From Balanoglossus misakiensis (taxonomy: Eukaryota; Animalia; Hemichordata), in NCBI GenBank assembly GCA_040954595.2, contig CM082589.2:5763186-5827185 (forward strand): a DNA stretch of 64,000 nucleotides. Reading direction: 5' to 3'. The position numbers and the translations under genes are program-made. Below the pieces are notes generated by a model. That model did no database searches. It was not told the origin of the DNA and worked only from the letters and a program-made list of their open reading frames with translations. Positions 27,801-41,287 of this stretch are shown here, piece by piece (position 1 is the stretch's first letter; every line of letters begins with the position of its first letter).

Positions 27801-30800
27801 AAAAGGAGGTCACATTGCTGTAAAACTGTTTTGTCCGAAACGTTCTAGATTATTCCGTGTCACGATGTAATATGAATACGAAAACCTGACAGTACATTTA
27901 GTGAGACGACAATGAAACCGCAATTTGGAATATTCTAGATCTGTTCGTGCATGTTGAAAGGAAGTGGTTCTAAACGATAGCGTGGCTTGTATTGATAGAT
28001 GGGTTACGTTAGCACGTGATCAACCTTTTGCTATCGCTATCAAGATTCTGTTCCACACTTTCAAAATCCCCGGTGTATGTAATTAAACAGGATTTCACCC
28101 AAAGCGACTTGAACCCTAAGCTTTCAACAAAGATTGAGTGACAGCTAAGAATTAAAATTCTACTCATGAATTCCTGTAACTTAGCAGAAATACATTTAAC
28201 ATTACGTACAACGTGTAATTAGTCAAATGACATCATCAGATATTATATTCTATTGATGTTTGTTGCAGGACGCTGAAATCGGACCACAATATAATCCACT
28301 TCAACTTGATCCTTGCCTTGCTGATTGCTCAGACTATTTTCTTATCCGGTGTATCTGCGACAAGTAACAAGGTAAGCGATGAAAACAAAGTTTGTCTAAA
28401 CTAAACCAAACCAAACAGCGGGGCTTGTGGCGCACTTGAAAGTCAAAAGATACATACAGCCACAAATCCCTCAAACTCTTTCATCTTGTCTAAGACTTGG
28501 TGATGACTACGCCATCAGTAAAATATCTGACTGGATTTATAACCATTATCTAGATAAACTCGCTATATAAATCAGTGTATTCTAAATGACTTGATGAAAT
28601 GCGGCCGAGGAGTGCAAGTAATAACACGATTTCAGATCGTTTTCTTGGAAATCATAGAATTACTTAGCAAAATCATTTGATAAAAATCAAAGAATCGTGT
28701 CTCAGTATAGATGTACAACTGAAATATTACAAGAGTGAAGAAAAGGTCAGAGTTCAAATCCCTAAATATGCCAAAACTCAGTTATTTATCGGCTATTTTC
28801 TATTAACGGTATTTCCAATCTGATTGACCATAGAACTTTATAGTCGGACGTCATTAAATCTCAAATGAGCGATTAAGCAAGTTTGAAATTATCTGGCAGC
28901 TGCGAAATGTCATGACAACGCCCCCACCGTCTCCTCCGGCGATACTAATAAATTGTAGTGCGTTGCAGCTGAGTCTGGATGTCGGAGGCTAAATGGTCAA
29001 GACTATTTACAATAAAAAGTAAAATGTCAGATTGGAGAGATTTATTGACCAAATGTAGATGCCGGGAGTTTTTTAACTCCTGGCAATCAAACATTCATTT
29101 GTGGATTTTCCCGATTTACAAATTAACAACTTTCTGATAGAATAATAAAAGACGTTTTCGAAGTGTATGTTTTTATTGTGATATAAGCCCAATTGGTCAC
29201 GTTATGTCTCCTTTCCGAACAGATCGCGTGCATGACGGTAGCCATTCTCCTGCACATCTCGTTCCTGGCCGTTTTCACGTGGATGCTGATGGAGGGCGTA
29301 CATCTCTACAGCAAAGTGGTTATTGTATTTGGGACCGAGGGTAGCAAGATCAAGTGCTACATCCTCATCGGATGGGGCGTTCCTCTCGCCATCGTTGCCA
29401 TAGCAGCAGCTATAAACCCCGGGGGTTATGGCACTCCAACCGGGTTAGTAAACGTTGTTAATGTCACTGTAAGTTTCAAGAAAGAACAGGTCGTGGCGAT
29501 TTACTTTGCTAATAAAATTCGACCTATTCTACTGGCGATAGTCCATTCAATGGTTCCGTTTCCGGTTTAACAATGCATTGCGTGCTACCGGAAGTCCAGT
29601 CACAGACGACACATACTATGTTCATCATGTTCATTGTCATCGTCAACACAGTGAATCCACGTCACTTGTTTGATGCCGATGTCTTGAGATACGAATAGTC
29701 GTTTCAAACTTGTTTCGGCAGAGGCTTCTGCATCAGTGTGTTTTTTGGGACGTCAGCGCATGCGTACCTGACCAGGGTCACTCGACCGTGACCTGACATT
29801 TCAAAATGGCGAAATGAGAATGTACATCATGATTTTTGTAGGTGCTGGCTTGATATGAAAAGTGGTCAGGTATGGGCCTTCGTTGCCCCTGCGATAATTG
29901 TATTACTGGTGAGTTGTTTTGTTTTTATGATGTTGATATTTTTTTTTTTAAATAAGATAGACAATGTGTACAGTACATACACCACCTATGAATAGTCTAG
30001 TCATTTGGAGTAACATAATCATGCATTACCTCCAGATAGAAAGGGAACTTCTGAATCCATATAATTCGTAGAGATCAGTACAATGCTGAAGCAAAGGCTT
30101 CCAAAGAAAGGTTACCTCGTGTGATAGAGGTCGCTAATACAGTATCTGATATCACTTTCTGCAGGTAAACGTCATCGTCTTGATCATGGTTCTCAGGATC
30201 GTTGTCGTGTCGACCAAGACGGCTTCTGAAAAGAAGAAAGATAACAGCTACGTGAAGTGAGTTTTCGGCTGAGAGGACTCATTTGCTATATATGACATCA
30301 TTCACCTGACTTTAAACGTTGATCTTCTCAATGAAAAAAGACCGAACAGGCAAACTTGCGTCGGTTGATTTTTATCGTTCCTTCATTTTCTCTTCCAGAA
30401 CTGCCGTGAAGAGCTCTCTCTTTCTTCTGCCAATTTTGGGTGTCACGTGGCTATTTGGATTATTCGCAGTGGACGACAATTCTGTCGTCTTTCAGTACAT
30501 GTTCGCTGTGGCCAATTCACTGCAAGGCCTCTTCGTGTTCTTGTTCCAAGGGGTCTTTAACACCGAGGTAAGAGACAGTTTCGGTCGCGTGATGGCGTTG
30601 TAGGCCCCTTAGCTTTGATCTGAATTAGACTTCCATATACAGTGGTAATAGTTTGACAGAGTATCATGTATGGTGACAAGTTCAAATCAAGGCAAATTAA
30701 AGCGTTTTCGATTCTTTCTGTCGAATCAGGTGAGGACAGCGTTTAAGAGGAAAATGGAGAAACGAGCACTCGAGAAAGGCGATATTGTCACAACATCTGC

Positions 30801-31978
30801 TGCATCGGTAAGAAGAATGGTCAGGCATTTTATTTACAATGTTTGTCGTCATTCTGTGTATACATAACTGAAACCAGTTGTCCAGCACGAATACAATGCA
30901 TACAATGCTACGTGTAAAGCATATTTTCTAATACCAGTAAAAGTATTTTGCAAACAATTTTCGACCACTAAGCAAAGACGTCTTTGGTTTCCCCCAACAG
31001 CACTCACGTACGTACGACAGAACTGGTTTATCCGCCGAAGCCAAGACACGCATGACGTCAACGTCTTGCTCGACAGATCACCAACCTTATCGAAACAAAA
31101 GTGTGCATAGTACGCTATCAAGTAATGTACAACCATTTAGTGTTTTACTAATGTCTTGTGTGTGTATATGTGTGTCTGTATCTCTGTATGTAAAAATATG
31201 TCCGCTGTCTCTGTCTGTCCTTCCGTTCGTCCGTCTGTCTGTCTGTTTATCTAATGTATCAATGCACGTATAACACATGTATTTATGTATCCACACATGT
31301 CTGTATTCACCAAACGACTTACACGATACGTCTGTTCTCCCAGATGGCGATATTATCATTGAAGAAGAATCGGAGATATATTCCATAGAAGAACCAACTC
31401 TCACGAACCGAGCTGGTTACACACAACATCACAACAGCAGCAGTAGTAGATCGCCCACCCCAATCAGCGTGAGTTTGTTGACCTCTGATGTTTTATAAAG
31501 CAGTCGTTTGGTATTACCACTGACGTCATTGCTACATTCAAAGGACACGTTTGTGATATAACCGAACAAATATCCCCAACAAATTTCCATTGTCAGTTTT
31601 GCCATCTGATGACAGCACGTGCAGAATAGCCGAAATTCAAACGTGACGTTATCCAGGACTGAAGCAAAAATTGGGCCAAGTTGCTTTTAAATTTGTTTAT
31701 TATTTTCTTTCAGATTCAGTCTATTTTACCAGGAGCGACAGTGGATAACCAGGTATGGTATAAACGTTCACCTCCGTACTATATTGTAAAGTTGGTATCG
31801 AAACGTCGGTCACATAAGCTTTCATCTCTCGGTAGGAAGTTGGAAATATGATCTCTTGAACGGTGTCGATTATTGTTATATGGCCATATGTTATTGCGAA
31901 TTTATTATTCTAAGTAATTCGTTATCATCCTTTTCATTTGTCCTTTTAAAGAGAGAAATGGTCCTAAATGATTGGTGA
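15840..31978 (+). CDS. Adhesion G protein-coupled receptor, ADGRD1/GPR133-like (GAIN/GPS + 7TM), 20 coding exons, 710 aa
   Basis: Phase-consistent GT-AG exons: 15840-15873, 17037-17110, 19371-19505, 20374-20482, 21129-21329, 22682-22754, 25275-25401, 25502-25617, 26030-26147, 27328-27431, 28269-28371, 29223-29443, 29842-29908, 30165-30256, 30399-30567, 30730-30807, 31001-31121, 31344-31468, 31714-31752, 31952-31978 (2133 nt). Signal-peptide-like MIVRRGILFATVSMATILCIHS; GPS CTYYD..EWSQTGC..CYCNHTTNFAVLMQV; TM motifs IHFNL, WMLMEGVHLYSKVVIVFGTE, IGWGVP, CWL, LLPILGVTWLFG, NSLQGLFVF. The first and last few exons are less certain than the GPS/7TM core. Confidence 0.88.
19288..19342. repeat. (GAT/GGT)n trinucleotide microsatellite, intronic
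   Basis: Directly visible just upstream of the acceptor at 19370. Confidence 0.85.
22588..22632. repeat. (GACT)n microsatellite, intronic
   Basis: Directly visible. Confidence 0.9.
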
Positions 31979-32754
31979 ACTGTAAATGCACTCGAATTTA
32001 CTGCGAGAGGAAGCAACACCTGCCGATGTTAATATGCCAATGGCTATATCTACACAGTCGATGGTTTTGACGAAATACATACGTATGGACTAAAATTGTG
32101 TATCACGGTCTTGCACTTTAGCAGAATTATGAACTATTCCCTTGAACTATTTCCTTGATTATCCATTTTATAAATGTTGCTTATAAATATGCCTCTTTCA
32201 CGATTTTAAATTAAAATACGGGTGTTTTTGTTCCATTTACGACTGCTGTTCAGCTGATTGTCTTAAGGATGGGGATATGGAGCCAGTCAGAGATGCCACT
32301 ACCGCTAGGGTAAATGCGGCGCATATAAGGACATGTTTCAACGAATGTAGCAAAAAAAAACACTTAAAAAAATTAGTGTAGAATTTCAAAGCACTAACTA
32401 GATGGCACTGCAATTAATGTTAAATATTTCGTATGCTTTCCTAGTAGCATTTCTGTCTTTGTCTCTTTCGAGGTTTTCATCGTCATCAAACACCTTGTAT
32501 AGCATTACTGGAATCTTTATGAGGCTGGTCATTCTCCGTCCACGAACCCAAGGGATTTTTTCACTTCACAATGTTCCGTAACATGTTGCTTTATTAATGC
32601 ACATGTCCTATTACTTGTTTTCATAAACTCTTAAATCAAGCTAACAATTATCCCATAAGACATTTCGATACTTTGATTGATAGTCATTGTACATTTGTGT
32701 GCATGGATAAGTCCGATATAATCATTTATGCTGTATCTTTTTATTCAAACAAAC

Positions 32755-32760
32755 AATAAA
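32755..32760 (+). terminator. Candidate polyadenylation signal of the adhesion GPCR
   Basis: AATAAA ~780 nt downstream of the stop in an AT-rich 3'UTR. A second AATAAA lies near 32979. Confidence 0.4.
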
Positions 32761-35700
32761 TTGAAACGTCTAAAGTATTCATGCGTCTATGTCACATCTA
32801 AAAACAATATAGCATGTCCAATAAACATTCCATATACTCTTATTTTATGACTAAAAGTTAGAATAGATTTTAAATATATTTTGATATCACTGGAATCGAA
32901 TTCGCATGATATTTAGCGATATGTTATGACAAGTCAAAAGTTCTGTATGTGTTATTCGTTGGTCTTGATTTAGAGCATGAATAAACATCCACATTAAACG
33001 GCCGTTTCCATGGCAATCATTTATTCCGAGGATTCATCATTATTTTTATTCCGGGGATACATTCAATTCTAAGTTTTATATGGACATGTATGGAGTTGTG
33101 ATGTGATTTGAGTTGATTTGGTGTGATTCGTGTGTACAATGTACGTGTGTTGGGGGGTGAGCGTGTGTTGGTAAATCTGGCAAGCAAAACTCTCCTAATA
33201 CAAACCAAACCAAACTGAATGTTTTATTTTTAAATCAACCCACATACGCCCATCTGCCAGTTTAATGACCGCCACAGTGCAAGGATTGTCCAATTCCCAT
33301 TGTATTCAAGCGTCTCCCACATTAGAGCGATTGATTGCTAAGCTTTGCTAAATTAATAAACACTATCAATATAACGTGAGTTATATTATTCACTATTGTA
33401 TTTTGTAATCTCACAATGATTGCTAAATCCAGTTGATTGATAAAGGCAACATGTGTATTCCATGAAATGCAGTGCCCTTGGTGTACAATGTCAATGAACG
33501 GTCACAGGAGGTTGATGCTATGCCCTACATTTTGCTTGGCGCACGATTGATATGAATGCAATCTGCTAACCTTATAATTTTTCTGTCAAAAAATGACTGT
33601 ACTTCGGCCTACCATTATACTATAATTAGTCTCTTTGGAATGTTGCTTGTTGTTGTTTAGTTAATGTGTTGCTAATAACTTTTCACATTTTGTTATTATT
33701 TTAATTCTGCTTAAAAAAATTTATATGACCAAACATTACTTTAGGTTATGAACTTCCATTCGTTAAACATGGCATAAATCCGCGCCATCTTGAAAACGTG
33801 CTACCGTATGAGATATAACCATTCACCTAGGTAGCAAAACGTATTTAAAGAACACAAGACCGGGCTGATGAGCTCTTGCGTATGTTTACGATCGATCAGG
33901 TTAACGAGCCATAAATTTTTGTGATGATTACTTAGGTTTATTTTTGGTTATTTATATAATCTAATTATTTGTATGCTTACAGTCACAAGAAGTAAATCGG
34001 TGTAAAGGTGAGCAATCGCTTCTAATACTTCAGACAACGTGTGCATCTATGTTTCAAATTCAGTGCATACTATATTTAGGAGACAGTTAGATTGATTATG
34101 CTTTGGTGCAATGTGAATGAACTGCCACAAAGGGCAAATAAGTTTATACGTGATCTACTATATCGTGCGACGTCGTGTCTTCGCAACACCCAGTTTGTCA
34201 TTCAGACATCCGTTCTGTCGTAACTTTGGTCCCATCCTGAGAGGTGCATTCTGATCTTTTGTTTCTAATAAAAGCAGTTACACCTGTTGTTGGGTGTGCT
34301 TCACGCGGCTGTACAGGCCTTTGAGTAGCCAATCACGCTATTCAAGATGGCGACGTGTATGGACTTCGAACGTGAGCTTGCCAAGCGGGTACGTAACGCT
34401 TGCTGTGATTGGTCCGCCTGTTCACGTGGCGGAATCTGGCATCTGGCTGATATCAGCAATGTGTATCAAGGTTATACGAAACAAAACGCATGGACAGTGT
34501 TCAATCTGTCCCAGATATGACCTTTGACAGATTTTTTAACACTCTCTGCTAAATTTGCAGCTCACGTTCTGTTTTGTTATGTTCAGACTTTCTATAAACT
34601 ATGATTATTCATAAAATTTCAATGAAGTATGTCGTACTCCGTTCAGGAATCGGAGAACAATGATCTACACGTGACTCGACGAAAACGAAAGAGGGCAATT
34701 ATTTAGCCAATAGGCGGCACTGTTAAATTATTTACAATTTACTAGCGTCACGATATCTCCTCAAACGGTAAAGGATTGCTTCTGTACTTAGCCACAATGT
34801 TTACAATTTTTTCAGTAATTTTAATTCTCATCAGCAAGGCGATATTCATGCGGTCTGTCTGGTAACAAAGTGGATGCGTAACAGCCCTTGCGATTTTCGA
34901 TAAATTAATTCGTCTGGACTTGAATTCAATTTTCAAAAGTAACTATTGACACACGAAGGCTCAGTGTGTTGATAGGCCAAACATTGGATTTTCATCGTGC
35001 TTTGGAGATCTGAACAAGAAATATCAGTTGATACATTGATCAGATTTTAGAAAAATAAAAATAGCCAAATAGTGCAGGTTTAAGGAGCTTTATTTTTTTT
35101 ACTCAGGGTGGGGATTAGTGCGCGGTGGCACGCTGCGCTTTCAATGCTTTGCCTGTAAACATCATAACAAGCGTGGGTGATACCCTGTTTGTTGAGAAAC
35201 AGTTGATGCAGGTAGAACAAATTAACATAAATATTAATCTCGTTGAAAAAAGCAGCCAGTGACATCGTCTGTCAAATAAATACCAAATGACTGGGACCCT
35301 AACATTCTTTCCTTGATTTTTAGAACACCCTAGACGAATGTCGTATCTGCTTCAGCTCTGATTTGCTATGGAGAATACTAGCCAAAAAGCTCAGTCCCAA
35401 ATATCTCAAGAATGCTTGTTTTCTGGCTTAGTATGGTCGCCACAGCTCGATTGTGGAAAACGCATATCTTCTGCAGGCGAATCAAATAACCAAAATGATA
35501 TTTCCTCGAATATTGCTAGTAGATCCAAAATATCATTTTACTTCGGGCGTTTCCTATTTCAATGTTAACCTAATTGGCTGTATGGGTAATCGGTATAGGT
35601 GAATGTATTCCAACAATTAATGGCTGTTGACCCATATCCATTTTTGTCCTACTATATAAATAAATATGGGTCAATATCAACTCTGGTAGTTGATGATTAT

Positions 35701-37415
35701 CATAAAGGCGTATTTTTTATCTCAGGCAACATTATCCTACTTTCCTACGTGTATATTCAATACGGTGACATTTCCTTTTTTCGCTAGAGTGAAATTAACC
35801 CAGTTTTTCTTAAATTTCTGCTTTTTTGAAATTCCCTTCGACCACATTGAGTTGGGCGGCTGCTTCTTGTTTTGTTTGCCAGTAGTGTGCCCACGGTCTT
35901 GTTATAGGGAATGCAATATAACCAATGTAGCGTGTAAATATTGTTAGTATCATAATTATTATTATGCTAGTGTTGTCAGTGAGACACCACCGAAATTCAA
36001 AATCAGAAACCCTTCGCAGACAACCAGTGAACGAAAATAGAAAATTTGACGTCAAACCAAATATGGATTTGTTGACAGTATAGCTTATCTTGCACCAGGG
36101 ATATGATAATATTAAATCGAGCGCAACACAATACAGGCGGCCAGACAAACAGACGGACAATATCAATTATCTTCTACAGATCTAAAATCTGCTGCGAACT
36201 GACGCAGTGTGTTGTCATGGTAATGCTTATTTTGTCTCGCCAAATCCAGCGGCTTGAGGACAATGGGTAATATGCGACTGTATATAAATATTTGTGTACA
36301 TGTCTTTCATCGTCATTGAAAATGACATGTCTGTTCATGTACCTATGCTACTTTCCAAAGTGACCTTTAAGCGTTTTAACATTTAATCTGGGATATAAAC
36401 AAGTGACAGCAAAACATTCTCTACAACGCGATTCAGTGCACATTATCCATGGTAACAGTATTAAAGAATAAACTGCAGAATCAGCGTAATACCCACTTTT
36501 AATAAATGCTTCATTTTGAGATCAATCAATACGAGATAGTAAATCAAAATGTATCAAGTCCGTCTTCATGTATGTATGTATCTATGTATGTATGTATCTA
36601 TGTATCTACATATATTGCGCAAAACGATTAATATTTTTTAAATATTAATATTTTTTTCGAATTTAGATCGAACCTAGATGACATCTAACAGGTCATCAGC
36701 CAATCTGCGGGGGTTGATACAGATGTCGATGTTCGCATTTAAAGTACATGCAACGACCAGAGGTCGTATGGGCGGCTGGTGTCCTTAATAACGCGGGGAA
36801 AAACAGATTCGTGCGCGTCAAAGGTGTTCAAACAGTGCGTCCCTTCCATGTAGTTGAGCACATACACGATATTCATCCGGGTCCTCATCTGCAAAATAAG
36901 AAATACGTTAGTACTGTGTGTGTAAAATCTATTCTGCATATACGGGGGAATAAAACAGTGCGATTTTTTAAGTATTTGTAACGACAATTCATTCGTTTTT
37001 TGCTAGTTTGCGGAATCAGAGATGAACACTAACTTTGTTTCTTGTGACTCGCGTTTCCATTGTTTTTGACTTTCAAGCACTTGAGTAAATGTACGTATTA
37101 TTCAGATTATGATAATTTTATCGCATTATTATTGCACATTACAAAGATACTGCAAGAATGTCCAAACGTGCAGCTTCAGCTTGCAATATAATCATGCCGT
37201 ATAGAGGCATTATTAGTTTTTTTCTGTTTCTTGATTGGCGTTAGGACAGGTGACCTTTCGGACTGTTGAATAACGGAAAACATGATGAGACCTATCTCTG
37301 TTACAGAAAAGAGAAGATATACAATGTGATACACTTACAATTAGAGGCGCGCTGATTGTTCTACATGAGAATGTGAGATTACAGCTGGTGGGCATTTCAC
37401 ACGACGTTTAGTGCT

Positions 37416-37473
<58 letters not shown>
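37416..37473. repeat. (CAGA)n microsatellite
   Basis: About 14 perfect tetranucleotide units. Confidence 0.95.
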
Positions 37474-38401
37474 GTTCATGTGGACTAAAGGTACCAAGAA
37501 AAACTATAACCACCTGTTGAATCTCTAAGGTCGAATACATACAGGACGTTTATTGAACTATAACATCTAAAATTGGAAACGAAGCAGTATCATCATGCAA
37601 ATGCGAAAGTCGGCAGGCGTGCGCTAAATGCGACATCGTTCATCTGAATTTGAAGCCAAAAGTACGCGAGTGATATATCACAATACACTGGAATAAACCC
37701 AGGGGTTATTTTTGCTACAATGAAAAGTGGGTAGGATCTCCCTAGGTGAGAGACATACCGCATTCAGGCGTTATTGATGTGTTATTGATTTTAATTTCAG
37801 ACAGTGACATTACATTAGGCATTAGTCCATGGATATAACAGTTAATTTAGGTGAAGGACTGTGGTTGCACTTGGTAATATATATACTGGTACAATGTACA
37901 TCTGACAATCAATTTTGTGAATTTCCCTGATTAATTTAAAATCATTTTGACATGTGACTTAGTGTAACCGAGGCATGTTGAACTGTTGATGACCGCAATC
38001 GGCCGCGAGGGGGGGGGGGGGGGGGCATAACGCGTCATACATTAACACAAACCGACGAACCGACGCCTTTTCCAGGTATTTGCATGCTTTTCGCACCAAT
38101 GATCGTTGTTTATTTAATATAATGTTGTGTGGTACCACATATTTAAGAAGTTATAATCAGGTTATTAACTTCTTTCACAAAATTAAGATAGCTATTCATT
38201 GAGTTAACATATTGGTGTTGTTATTGCTGTTGTTTAGACGATCGTTATAGGTGTCAGAAAATATGTTGAATGCAATACGGTTGTTCTGATAAAAAAGCTG
38301 CCGTTACCACGGCAACCATTCCCGTGCCTGGATGCCAGCGGCCGATTAACCCGATTATCCCCTGCAGGGAAGGGTAATTTTTGGTGCGTGAACATGGACT
38401 A

Positions 38402-38674
38402 GCAGAGAGAGAGAGAGAGATGGAGAACGAGAAGCGATAGAGAGGAGAGAATGCGAAGATAGGGGGAGAGAAGAGAAGAGAGAGACGAGAGAGAGAGGGG
38501 AGAGAAAGAGATGAGAGAGGGGGAGAGATAGGTGCGAGGAGAGATGGCGAGGAGGGAGTGATGAGAGAGAAGGGAGAGAGAGGGGGAGAGATAGCGATGG
38601 AGAGAGGGGAGAGATAGGGGCGAGGAGAGATGGCGAGGAGAGAGTGATGAGAGAGAAGGGAGAGAGAGGGGGAA
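38402..38674. repeat. Polypurine (GA-rich) low-complexity tract with an internal ~86-bp-period duplication
   Basis: Almost only A/G on the + strand. GCGAGGAGAGATGGCGAGGAG...GTGATGAGAGAGAAGGGAGAGAG occurs at 38534 and 38620. Confidence 0.9.
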
Positions 38675-39240
38675 CATCGATACAAGGCACATATTAAATA
38701 TACCATGTACATGTACCTAATTACTATTTAAACGCCAGTTTGTCATTTTGAAGTTGCTCCAATTTTAGTGCAGTTGTGTTCCGATTGAGATAATAGGTAA
38801 TACACCACTGAACATCAACATGACAGGCAGAACATGTAAGTACTGCCGCAGATCATTAACCTGTACGCCCCTGTTTTATTTCGCGAATGGTATTGTCCAT
38901 CTACATTGCATGCTCGCCGCCACCATATGGTGCTGGGTACAAAAATAGTTTCATACAATTATACAAACGCCGTTTTAAATGAAATGACGCACTGCCATTG
39001 GTTGGTGACGCAGATTGCCGGGTTAAGCAATGCAAAAATATGTATTCAAACGTCAAGCTCCCCGTCACTATTATTAAGCAAACAGCTTAGTATGCACGGG
39101 TCTGACTATCTGTCATTTGTCGGCTGCTGGTCAGTGGCTGGGCATTGGTGGTCCTCTTACGCGCCAGCCCCGATGGGACCGTATCGGCAGGTGTACACGC
39201 TTTGAAGGTTCGGACATTTTAACACGTCGGATTTAGAACA

Positions 39241-40341
39241 ATGACGAAGATATTTTTGCAAATTATTCGCCTGTTCTTGCGCAGGCTCCGGCCGGTTTTA
39301 AACCAGATGCGCGAGCGACAGGCCAATATTTACCGCCCGAAGCCGAGAAGGTGCACAGGGCGCAGAAAGAGTTCCTACGCTCAGTTGCTCGAAGACAACA
39401 ATTCCAATATGCCTACCGAGGTGCTGCAACCCGACTTGGAGTCCACCTACACGCGGGATTGTGGCGTGAACGGCGTGTCGAGTCGGAACGCCGGGAAAGT
39501 GGTGACGAGAGGACTGCAATTTGACGACATTCACATACAGCAGTTGATAGGAAGCGGTGGCTTCGGCGCCGTGTATGAAGGTACGTACGGCGGCCACCGG
39601 GTGGCTGTCAAAAAAATTAAACTTTTCACCAAGAACCAAAGGGCGGCCGTGGAGAGCTTTAAGGCAGAGCTGGCCGGGTTGAGACTCAAGCACAAGAATA
39701 TCGTCAGGACTATTTTAGCCAGTGCCGGGTCAAACTGTTCAAATTGTGCCTTCATTATCATGGAGTATGCCGGGGACTTGAATTTACAGCAGCTTATAAA
39801 CGATGCGAGTGACCCGTTACCACGGGATAGGAGGCTCAGGTATTCGCTGGATATCGCCAGCGCTTTGAACTACACACACACTAACGGGATTGCCCACTTG
39901 GACCTGAAACCGTCGAACGTAATCGTCACGCCGGACGACACGTGCAAACTGGCCGACTTCGGGTGCTGCCAGGCCGTGCCGGAGGACGACGGCGTCGGCA
40001 CTGTGAGTCCGACGCAGCGCTCGTACCTGACGGGCACCTTCGCCTACCGGGCGCCGGAGCTTCTCCGAGGAGAGGCGGCGACGACGAAGGCGGACCTGTA
40101 CTCGTACGGGGTGACCCTGTGGCAGATGGTGACCAGGGAGCAGCCCTACGCCGGGGAGAATCAACACGTGGTCATCTTCGGCGTTGTCGCCTACCACCTG
40201 AGGCCCAGCTTCATGCCGAACTTCTTGAATGACATGAACGAGACGTGGTACGTCGATATGATCATGCAATGCTGGTCGCCCAAGGCCGAGCAGAGGCCGA
40301 TGGCCTCGACCCTCGTCGAAACGCTGTCTGCCCACCAGTAG
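39241..40341 (+). CDS. MOS: Proto-oncogene serine/threonine kinase Mos (intronless, 366 aa; possible internal start at ATG 39409)
   Basis: Kinase motifs IGSGGFGAVY, VAVKK, HLDLKPSN, DFG, GTFAYRAPELLRGE, and the Mos-like C-lobe REQPYAGENQHVVIFGVVAYHLRP. Single coding exon, as in vertebrate mos. Confidence 0.93.
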   Translation: MTKIFLQIIRLFLRRLRPVLNQMRERQANIYRPKPRRCTGRRKSSYAQLLEDNNSNMPTEVLQPDLESTYTRDCGVNGVSSRNAGKVVTRGLQFDDIHIQQLIGSGGFGAVYEGTYGGHRVAVKKIKLFTKNQRAAVESFKAELAGLRLKHKNIVRTILASAGSNCSNCAFIIMEYAGDLNLQQLINDASDPLPRDRRLRYSLDIASALNYTHTNGIAHLDLKPSNVIVTPDDTCKLADFGCCQAVPEDDGVGTVSPTQRSYLTGTFAYRAPELLRGEAATTKADLYSYGVTLWQMVTREQPYAGENQHVVIFGVVAYHLRPSFMPNFLNDMNETWYVDMIMQCWSPKAEQRPMASTLVETLSAHQ

Positions 40342-41287
40342 AATCCCAACGCTGAAGGTGACAGACGAGCATCGTCTCCCTGAGCAAAAAATATCTGAAA
40401 TTCACCCACGGAAATCTAAAACTGAACTGAAAAAAAAACACTCGTCTTCCAAGAATCGTTTAATCGTCCCAAACATTGCCACTGCCTATCGAAGCATTAC
40501 AAATTTGTTCCAATTATATATAGAATTATAACAAATTTTTATAAAATCTGTAAAATATAATATTTCTGTGGTGATATGTTTTTCCACATCGAACAGCATG
40601 AAAATTGTGGAATCGTCATATTGTTGTGATTCGAAATTCGAATCGTATGATATAGTGCGCACAAAACGTGATGCCGGGCATCCGTTTTGTGTGTTGTCTG
40701 TTTTCCCTGTACTGTGTAGACATTTTGAAATTTTACTTTCCCTTTTTGTATTTATCATTTTCCTTGTTTCTTAAGGTTTTGATGTTCTTTTTAGTTTCAT
40801 ATTTTAGTCCGTATCGTTTTGTTTTATATTGTATGTATTTGGTATACTAGTACGTTTTGTGTGCGCGTGTGTGTACGGGATTTGCACGTGTGCGTTTACC
40901 TCTATGTTTCATAACATGGTTCCGCTGTTACACGGACGCAGTTTATTTACCGACCTGGTAGTGTCATTTTGCACTACGGCTATACGTTTGCAGCCTTTGT
41001 ATATAGTTATAAAACACCAGCCGCTTGAAATTAATGGCTGACGGGGTTCTGCGGGAATTGTATTTACTTTTCTAACCTACGTCAGTAGTCTTCCAGGGAC
41101 CGCGCATGAGCAATTGTACATATCTGTATATTTTGTATCTAAGAGTAGATTTGTAATATTACTTTATGGAGTCTATATTTTGGATTTATTGTACTTATAT
41201 AAGTCTTTTTCTATTCCTTTTTTTGTAATTAATGTTTATAGGAAAATGTTTAAAAAATAGCAATATTTATATTGTGTGATCACGTTT

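Noticed and set aside
38254-38712. Ser/Leu/Pro-rich minus-strand ORFs
   Set aside because: Translation of the polypyrimidine strand of the GA tract.
39298-40409. Long antisense and alternative-frame ORFs over mos
   Set aside because: Expected by-product of the GC-rich codon usage of the mos CDS, with no independent motifs.
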